The notes beneath the pieces are model-generated. The model had not been told where the DNA came from and made no database searches. It was given only the letters and a program-made list of their open reading frames with translations. This document shows, in pieces, positions 49,863 to 58,744 of a stretch of DNA of 58,744 nt; the stretch's first letter is position 1, and each line of letters starts with the position of its first letter. The DNA is from Chiloscyllium plagiosum (taxonomy: Eukaryota), in contig NC_057718.1 in the NCBI RefSeq assembly GCF_004010195.1, positions 87,686,570-87,745,313 of the forward strand. Reading direction: 5' to 3'. A program made the translations under genes and the position numbers.

Positions 49863-52034
49863 GGAGTTCAGTGGATTTTTTTTCGTTCACTGAGATGTCA
49901 GATGGAGACCTTGATTTAATGATTCACCTGACAGATAACAATTCTACTAGTGCAGCACTCCCTCTGTACTGTACTTATTTAGCCAAAATACAGAAAAGCT
50001 ATAGAGATTGATGAATATTTATACTGGAAAAATACGCCAGAGAAGTAGGAGAGTTTGCTGAAGTTTTCCAAGTTTTTATAACGAGTCTGTAAGGAACAGA
50101 CTGGCCATGGGCACCAGTTCAAGATAGGACTATGTAAATATTGGTAAAGAAAGCAAATGAGCACAGAAGATAGAGCAGTATGGAATGCTTCTACTTCTGG
50201 ATCAGCCTGAAGGACTCCTATGGCATTTTCTGTTGGTGTACCCTCCAGGATTCCTTATAAATATTATGAATTAAAGACTGATTGATATAAGCCAAAGGGC
50301 AAAAGCAAAATGCATTGAAAGGAAAAGACCAGATGTCCAGAAAATGAATGAAACAGCAAGGCTAAAAAAATTCCTAAAGAAGGAAGGGCAGACTATTTAC
50401 ATTAACGTCCTGTTAACATTTTCTCTAGAACAAAGAATTGTTTGTTAAAGCATGTTTTCTGCTATTATTCTGTATTAGAAGTTGGTGAAAATTATGCCTT
50501 TGTGTCACAGTCAGTAGGATTTTCTTTATTATTGTAGTAAATAAAGAATTCATTTCTAGGGCAAAAAGAGTACTAAGTTTATAGTACTGACCAAAGAGAA
50601 AATTCGCAGTCTTGCTCCCTTCAGCCTCAGGTGAGTTAGATACTGTGCAGAATGTGACTCTGTCCATAAATACCGTCTTTTGTGACCTCAATAAGCTCTT
50701 GCCTTTTCTGCAGACACTGGTTTAGCTTTTTTAAATTAGCATAGTTGAAACTTTGTTTGTCTGCTGGTTCTCAGTTCAAATAAAGACCTTCATTTAGCCT
50801 CTGCCATGAATGCAGCATAGTGGTTCTGGAAACATCAGGTATGCAAACTCCAGCCCCAGATTAGAACAGAGACGCAGTGTTTAGTAAGCAGACTGGTTTG
50901 ACGTACACGTTAGGTTAGTTATGGAACTGTGGCTCTCTGTGTCTACATCAAATAGTCGAGCCACAGAAGTGACACAGTAATCTTCTGTAGTATTAATAGT
51001 ATTGGTTTTGAATCAACTCACTGTAGGCTGCTTGTATAAACTTCAAAAACTGAATGGCTTCTAAAATAAATCTCATGAGCATATTGTGAGGAAGGGGATT
51101 TGGTTGTGTGGAAATTACATTTCCTGAGGGGGAAGAGAGCATTATGAAACAGCTTCTCCAGTGGGTTGTTTTCTTCCTCGAGTTTAGAAGTGCATTTAAT
51201 TGTTATTGCATTTTACAATTGTCAGTTGATCTCTGGTGAATCCAAGAAGTGAGAGCTAGCTGACATTGGGTCGAGGGTTTGTCTGAGAGGCTGAGTGGAA
51301 GATAAACATTACGAGGCTAGTTTTGTACCCAGTGTTCAACAGGAGCCAGCTAATGGAGATCAAGTTTATTGATCAAGTGGTAATTAGACTAACTTTGTTT
51401 TTCACTTGCTCAGCAATATTAATCCACTATTTCACCTCTCTCTTGCAAACATGGTTCAGCTGTGTTTGAGTTGATGAGGTAGTCTAACTTGATGCAGAAT
51501 AAATATCTGTAAACTATTAGTTATCGTGGTCTTAGAAAATCTTTGTATAACTTCATGTCCTACTTTCTCAGGTCTAGGCTCACAGCAGTTTTGTCATTTA
51601 ACTATATTCAAAGTATTCTTAAATACACAGCGTCAAGTGGTATTTTGATTCTCTCTTTTGACCCAGCTGTAGTGCTAAATTGAACAACTCTTGAGTAATT
51701 TGGAATAAAACTGTTCAGCCTGGTCCAAGTTGTGGATAATGGAATTTTGAAGCCATAACTATCTCTCTTTCATTGTGTTGTCAAACTAGAGTGGGTAATG
51801 TGATTAGTAACACATGCAAGGTAAGAAAATAATCTGATATCTGGAATTTGAGAGTATAAGATTCTGAAATTGAGTGCCAGACATAAATTTAGTTCAAATA
51901 ATATAAAGAAAATAGTACACTGCAAGTCTGTTTATTGTATCAGAAGTAACTCTCAAGGTGATTCGAATTTTGCAGAATTACACTTTATTGGTTCATACAT
52001 TCTGAAGAACCATATGCCGTCCATGCATGAAGAA

Positions 52035-52470
52035 GCTATAGGGAGAGGCTGAACAGGTTGGGGTCGTTTCCCCTGGACCGTCGGAGGCTGAGGGGTGACC
52101 TTATAAAGGTCTACAAAATTATGAGGGGCATGGATAGAATAAATAGACAAAGTCTTTTCCCTGGAGTCGGGGAGTCCAGAACTGGAGGGTATAGGTTTAG
52201 GGTGAGAGGGGAAAGATATGAAAGAGACCTAAGGGGCAACGTTTTCACGCAGAGGGTGGTAAGTGTATGGAATGAGCTGCCAGAGGAAGTGGTGGAGACT
52301 GGTACAATTGCAACAATCAAGAGGCATTTGGATGGGTATATGAATAGGGAGGGTTTAGAGGGATATGGGCCGAGTGTTGGCAGGTGGGACTAGATTGAAT
52401 TGGGATAGCTGGTCGGCATGGACATGTTGGACCGAAGAGTCTGTTTCCATGCTGTACATCTCTATGACTA
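52035..52470 (+). mobile_element. CR1 LINE 3' fragment
   Basis: RRLRGDLIKVYKIMRG...WNELPEEV and a CR1 3' end. Confidence 0.9.
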
Positions 52471-52872
52471 TAAGATACCATGATACTTTTTTATTCGCTT
52501 ATGGGCAATGAACATCAATGACAAGCCAGCATTTATGACTTGTCCCTATTGTCCTTGAGAAACTGTTGAAAGCACTATAGGTATCTCCAAAATGTTATTT
52601 GTGTAGCATTTTGGTATAACTCAGTAGCTTGCTCAGCTTTTTTCAGAGGAAAATTAGAAATATGGTAAACTCTTGATGTATAGTCTATTATATAACCTTG
52701 AAAGATAATGACTGGAACAGTTGAGAGGCCATAAGGTCACTTAAATATGAAGACTGACGGGGAGTAGAAATTCACCCGTAGTGCAGAGTGCCTAAATATT
52801 TCTCTCAGTATCACCACAATTGCGATGCCTTTACAGCTATTTAACGTGCTGTTTTCTTTCCGTTCTGAACAG

Positions 52873-53028
52873 GTTCTGCCATTCCCCAGCCAGCTGGTTT
52901 ACAACAGAGTTGGAAAATGTGGAAGCCGAACTGTCGTGCAGCTATTGAGAGTATTGACGGAGAGAAATCATTTCAATCTTATTAATTCAGACATTCACAA
53001 TAAAACCAGATTAAATAGGATTGAGCAG
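52873..53028 (+). CDS. UST: UST-like coding exon 3 (156 bp; 5'-phosphosulfate-binding loop)
   Basis: Acceptor AACAG, donor CAG|GTTAGC. Reads VLPFPSQLVYNRVGKCGSRTVVQLLRVLTERNHFNLINSDIHNKTRLNRIEQ; YNRVGKCGSRT is the UST-type PSB motif. Confidence 0.95.
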
Positions 53029-53980
53029 GTTAGCATCCCACGACTCCTGTTTTTAGAATAAAAGCTTAATCTCCTTCATTGTTCCAAATAGCTTTGAATT
53101 TGGATACCCAGGATAAACTTCACTACACTACACACCTCTGCAGTATTTTAATGACGGTGAATGTAGAGGTGATTAGAACTGCACACAGCACTCTAGATGG
53201 AATCAAGCTAGCTGCATTTCAGCCTCTCCACAATTGTTAGCCTGTGCCTTTTTCTCAGTACCAAGCGAATATTGTGATGATTTCAAGATTTAATCAACCA
53301 TAATCATTTCCTTTCTTACCTAATTGGCATATTCCATTAAAAAGATATTCCTTCCTTGCTTCAGCTATGATTTTATGTTTGTCAGTATTGATCTGATTCT
53401 GTCATCTATTGCTCGTAATGTTGGAGGATTCTAGGCCTGCTTACACAAGCATCCAGAGACTGAGTTACTAAATAGCCTGCAGCAGTTAACTATCACCTTC
53501 TGAAAGGCGCTTAGGGATAAGCAATAAATTAATGGCCGAGCCAACACAGCCTAATATACCTTGAGTTAATGTTCTTTAAAAAATGATGAGCATTTGGATT
53601 TATGATGTGCTGCAGAACAAATTTTCCACTTGTTCTCATTTATTGTTTGATGACCAACTCGTGGCTGTGCCTGAAGAAGAGAGGTCCTTTTCGGGATCAA
53701 GCTGGCTCTGTGGTGCTAAACTCTATTGCCAGACTGAGTAAACCGATCCTTGGCTGGACAGGATGGCAGTAGTGCTGAGCAGTTTCCATGATTGGTCAGC
53801 CTGTCTGGTCCAATAAATGAAGGTTATATGGGATTTTTATTTCAACTCTGCTTCTGATAACCCCCATTGCCCTCATTGGATAGTGCTGTGATTGAGCAAG
53901 CTGTGGGGAAAAAAATGCAAGGAATTAAATGACATCTGTTTTTAATACACATCGCCTCTCTGTCCTTTCTCCTCTTACAG

Positions 53981-54060
53981 ATGGAATTAATAAATAATAT
54001 CAGTCTAGCTGACCAACCTTATTTGTACACGCGACATGTCCATTTCCTTAACTTCACAAG
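53981..54060 (+). CDS. UST: UST-like coding exon 4 (80 bp; catalytic His region)
   Basis: Acceptor CTCTTACAG, phase-2 donor AAG|GTAATA. Reads MELINNISLADQPYLYTRHVHFLNFT(R), containing the RHVHF motif. Confidence 0.95.
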
Positions 54061-54147
54061 GTAATATGCATTTTTGCATCATTTTTGCATTTGCATAATT
54101 GCATTATCCTTCTATAATATAGTACTGAATTTGTTTTGAATTAAATG

Positions 54148-54520
54148 TTTGGCACTGTTAGCACTGTTGCCTCACAGCACTTGGGATCTGGTTTTGATTC
54201 CACCTTCGGGTGACAGTGTCGAGTTAGCATATTCTCCCCTTGTCTGCGTGGGTTTCCTCTGGGTGCTCCAGTTTTGCTCCACAGTCCAAAGATGTACCGG
54301 TAAGGTGGATTGACCATGATAAATTGCCCACGACATCCAGGGATGTGCAGGCTAGGAGGATTATCCATGGGAAATGCATGGTGGGGTGGGGTTTGGGTGA
54401 GATGCTCTTCAGAGGGGTTGGTGTGAACCTGATGGGCTGAAGAACTTCACCTGACAAAGGAGTAGCGTTCTGAAAGCTCATGATTTCAAATAAACCCTTT
54501 GGGCTATAACCTTATGTCAT
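54148..54520 (+). mobile_element. Degenerate V-SINE joined to a family-B Penelope tail
   Basis: V-domain at 54230-54290; CACCTGACAAAGGAGTAGCGTTCTGAAAGCTC from 54448. Confidence 0.7.
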
Positions 54521-56077
54521 ATGAGTTCTGACCATTTTTGTACAAGTGGTAGAAAAGACAAAGATTTAGCATGGGACATGGGCAGTAGTGGGTGGAATGA
54601 TAGGCAAAGCTGGACCACCAATATTTTTTTCTCTTCAGTTGGAATTCAAATTCAAATTCCAACTCCAGAGGAGGAACAAAGAACATTTGGCTTCTGTTGG
54701 GTCAGGTGGGACTATGCCTATGGAAAGTAGTTCTGCAACCTAGGGTTTAGGGGTGTTGGTGATAGGGGTGAGAGGTTGGAAAAGCTTTACATTTGTGGGG
54801 AGAGGGAGTTTTGTTCTGATTGAATAGGAAATTATTTATAGAAGGTTGTGAAGCAGCATTTATATAGAACCAGAAACAGGCCATTCAACCTAGCATTTGA
54901 AAGATTGGTGTTCCACAAATCGTCATCTTCATCTCACTCTGTCCATAAATCCATGCTATTCACCTTAATTATTTGTGCTAGCGAGTCTCACATTCTGCTT
55001 TATCCATATGATTAAGCCCTAATGTATGCTTCTCTTTCAAGTTTATTTAGTTTTCTTTTGATGCATGCCCTTTTATAAAAGGTGGAGTGTAGGTTAATTA
55101 TTAACTGGTGCTAGCATATTGAAAGAGTCCCAGTTTCAGTAGGCTGTTTTGTTCTGAATGGTTTTGAGCTTCTTGAGCATTGGAGCAGCACATATACAGG
55201 TAAAGGCTATGAAACATCTATGAATGTTTGCTTTGAATTTTTATCCTACTGCTTCCTGAAATATTGTCCCAAATAATTTTGACTTTCAAAAACTGTAGTT
55301 TACATTTTATTTATTGCAGGCCACATACATATCGACACTCGGTGCTTAAATGGTTCCTTTGTGTTGTTTTAAACATACTGTGTCTCAAAGACTGTGCAGA
55401 GATATGAACAGCAGTCATTTCAAAGTCATCCTCCTCCCATTTACTGCTTTGTTGAATCTGAAGTTTATCATGAACAACCTCCGACAAAAACATTTTCTAA
55501 GGCAATTGCCAGAAATCGGTGAGAGATGAAAATTTTCTTTTCAATGTTGCAGTGCTCTGGAATGTGCTGCCTGACAGGGTGATCAAAACAAAATTCAGGG
55601 TAACAAACAAAAAGGAATTGGTTAAATAATTTCATATAATTTACAACATTATGGAGGGAATTGGGATGAATTGGAAGCTTAAAAACATCAAGGTATGATT
55701 GGCTGAATGGTATCCTGTGGTACATGATTCTTGAAATCTTAGCATTTTGTGATGTTTGAATTGGTGTGATGCTGTTTCTGTAAATATATCTTCAGAGAGT
55801 GGTATGGTATAAACACTGTTTTATTCAAACGTAGGTTCGAGGTTACCACTGAGGAAAATTCTAAGCTTGATCTTAATTCCTCCTGATAAGATAGTTGCTG
55901 TTCATTGAAATCAGTTCCCCCAATTAGTTGGTTATGAACTGACGTGACGAGATCTCGTAGAAACCAGAGCTATTAAGGTCTCCGTTGTGGTGAAACAAAA
56001 GCAGTGGCTCCTCCAAGTGGTCATCAGAGCAACTGTATAAATTGGATTTATGCATGATACAACACTGAACAAGAACT

Positions 56078-56592
56078 TAGAGTTATAGAGATGTACAGAA
56101 CAAAAACAGACCCTTCAGTTCAACCCATCCATGCCGACCAGATATCCTAAATTAATCTAATCCCATTTGCCAGCGCTTGGCCATATCCCTCTAAACACTT
56201 CCTATTCATATACCCACCCAGATGCATTTTAAATATTGCAATTGTACCATCCTCCACCACTTCCTCTGGAAGCTCATTCTATACACGCACCACCTTCTGC
56301 GTGAAAAAGTTGCCCCTTTACGTCCCTTTTAAATCTTTGCCCCTCTCAACCTAAACCTATGCCCTCTAGTTCTGGACTCCCCCACCCAAAGGAAAAGACC
56401 TTGTCTATTTACCTTATCCATGCCCCTCATGATTTTATAAACCTCTATAAGGTCACCCTTCAGCCTCCGACACTCCAGAGAAAACAGCCTCAGCCTATTC
56501 AGCCTCTCCCTATAGCTCAAACCCTCTAACCCTGGCAATATCCTTGTAAATCTTTTCTAACTCTTTCAAGTTTCACAACATCCTTCCTATAA
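56078..56592 (-). mobile_element. CR1 LINE 3' fragment
   Basis: Minus ORF PGLEGLSYRERLNRL...RTRGHRF and a CR1 3' end. Confidence 0.9.
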
Positions 56593-56716
56593 GGATCTGT
56601 AATTGAGTGGTTTGGCTGCAATTTTGTGTATCTGAGAATTGTGATGTACCATTGGTAGCGTTCTATAACATTTGATGGGTTGTAGTTAATTTTTAAAAAA
56701 ATATTTCTCCACTTAG

Positions 56717-56870
56717 GTTTGGATTGGAGCAGCCAGTTTACATCAATATAATCAGGGATCCAATTAATCGATTTGTATCAAACTACTTTTTCCGACGTTT
56801 TGGGGACTGGCGGTCTGAACAGAATCATCAAATCCGAACACCAGGGATGAAAGATGAGGAGCGCTACCTT
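56717..56870 (+). CDS. UST: UST-like coding exon 5 (154 bp; 3'-phosphate-binding motif); gene continues past the window
   Basis: Acceptor CACTTAG, donor CTT|GTAAGT. Reads (R)FGLEQPVYINIIRDPINRFVSNYFFRRFGDWRSEQNHQIRTPGMKDEERYL; IIRDP..RF.SNY is the 3'-PB motif. Confidence 0.95.
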
Positions 56871-57054
56871 GTAAGTTTGATTTGTGCAAATTAAACAAAA
56901 CAAAAGGGGCCTCTCTCCCTTCAGTTCAAATGCTGGTGAAAGTGGGCATTTCTTGCACTTGCCCAATTCTGTTCACTTTTGAGAAGGTGATAGTGAGTTC
57001 CTTTTTGTATTGCTGCATATCATGTGGTATAGGCATACCCACAGCACTGATAGA

Positions 57055-57480
57055 CAATGGGTGCAGGAGTAGGCATTCAGCCCTTCAAGCCAGCACCACC
57101 ATTCATTATGATCATGGCGGATCATCCACCATTAGTATCCTGTTCCTGTCCTATCCCCATAACCCTTGATTCCACTATCTTTAAGAGCTCTATCCATCTC
57201 TTTCTTGAAAGTATCCAGAGACTTGGCCTCCACTGCCTTCTGGGGCAGAGCATTCCATATATCCACCACTCGCTGGGTGAAGAAGTTTCTCCTCTGTTCT
57301 AAATGGCCTACTCCTTGCTTTTAAAATGTGTCCTCTGGTTCTGGACTCACCTATCAGCAGAAACCAGAATACCTCCAGAACCTCCAATCCTTTAATAATC
57401 TTATACGTCTCAATCAGATCCCCTCTCATCCTCCTAAACTCAAGTGTATACAAGCCCAGCCGCTCCAATCTTTCAACATT
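57055..57480 (-). mobile_element. CR1 LINE 3' fragment (different subfamily)
   Basis: ERLGLYTLEFRRMRGDLIETYKII...SRTRGH motif. Confidence 0.85.
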
Positions 57481-57484
57481 AATC

Positions 57485-58744
57485 AGATAAGTTAATTGTA
57501 GTTTTAAGTCTGTCCAAGAGAAAGGCTGCAGTAGTGAGTATAGTGGATTCTTTCTTGATTATATGTTTTTGGAGATAAGTCTCTTAATTAAACTTAAAAT
57601 ATAAGCCATAGCTATTAATTTAACCTGGGTCAGTGTTTGTAGAGGAATAAGACGGTGTTTATTTTCTGGGTCTGTAGATTGTGAAGGAGCAAAAATGGCC
57701 TTTGCAGTGATATGTACTTCTTGTCAGATGTGGGAGTTTAAAGAGAGTTTAAGGGTTACTGCGGATTATATCTGCCATAAATGCTGTTGGATGCGAATCT
57801 TATCAGTTGGATAAGATAGATTAGTTGGAGAGACAGATAGAAGCAATGAGGAATTTGCAACAGCAACAGTATGTGATGGATGGCAGATATAGGAAGGGGG
57901 GAAAGTCTCAGACACAGTCACATAGATGGGTTAGCTCCAGGAAGGGTAAGAGAGGTAGGCAGCTAGTGCAGGAATCTTTTGTGGATGTACGCATTTCAAA
58001 CAGGATGCTGTTTTGGAAAATGTAGGGGGTGATGGATTTTCAGGGGAACGTAGCACGAACAGCCAAGTTTCTGGTGTTGAGACGAGGGGTACATCGGCTT
58101 CCAATTGTGTTAGGGAATTCTGTCGCCAGAGGTACAGACAGACATTTCTGTGGCCAGCAGAGAAAAAGCATAATGGTGTGTTGTTTCCCTGGTGCCAGGA
58201 TCAAGGATGTCTCCAAGATGGTGCAGAATGTTCTCACAGGGGAGAGGGGCCAGCAAGTGCTCATTGTCCACATTGGAACCAACGACATTGGAAGGGAAAA
58301 GGTTGAGATTCTGAAGGGAGATTACAGAGAGTTAGGCAGAAATTTAAAAAGGAGGTCCTCAGGGGTAGTAATATCTGGATTACTCCCAGTGCTACGAGAT
58401 AGTGAGGGGCAGGAATAGGAGGATAGAGCAGATGAATGCATGGCTGAGGAGCTGATGTATGGGGGAAGGATTCACATTTTTGGATCATTGGAATCTATAT
58501 CTGGATTACTCCCAGTGCTACGAGATAGTGAGGGGCAGGAATAGGAGGATAGAGCAGATGAATGCATGGCTGAGGAGCTGATGTATGGGGGAAGGATTCA
58601 CATTTTTGGATCATTGGAATCTCTTTTGGGGTAGAAGTGACCTGTACAAGAAGGACGGATTGCATCTAAATTGGAAGGGGACTAATATACTGGCAGGGAA
58701 ATTTGCTAGAACTGCTTGGGAGGATTTAAACTAGTAAGGTGGGG
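57485..58744 (+). mobile_element. CR1 LINE 5' part (5' UTR and ORF1 zinc finger/esterase), running off the window
   Basis: VICTSCQMW...YICHKC after ATG 57695; CCFPGARIKDV, VHIGTNDIG and DGLHLNW; homologous to 25400-26330 (-). Confidence 0.9.

Overview
Eukaryotic, repeat-rich vertebrate DNA, most likely from a shark (inferred from HE1/V-SINE copies, CR1 LINEs and Penelope-like elements). One host gene is supportable: the first five coding exons of a uronyl 2-O-sulfotransferase (UST)-like gene on the + strand (14109-14289, 39536-39579, 52873-53028, 53981-54060, 56717-56870). They join through GT-AG introns into 205 open codons, and the 3' exons lie beyond the window. A GC/CpG-rich 50-58 bp minisatellite of 16 units ends about 75 bp before the start codon. 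The rest is mostly nested transposon debris: many CR1 LINEs (one nearly full length, with an esterase ORF1), V-SINEs, Gmr1-like Gypsy remnants, a solo LTR, TA-targeting MITEs and Penelope (GIY-YIG) remnants. The most notable signal is a set of short Penelope-derived insertions, often fold-back and flanked by 8-20 bp direct repeats. They carry an ultra-minimal hammerhead-ribozyme-like motif whose stems co-vary across three sequence families. There are two assembly gaps (14460-14613, 43046-43241). All family assignments come from motif recognition by eye, not database searches, and TE boundaries without TSDs are approximate.
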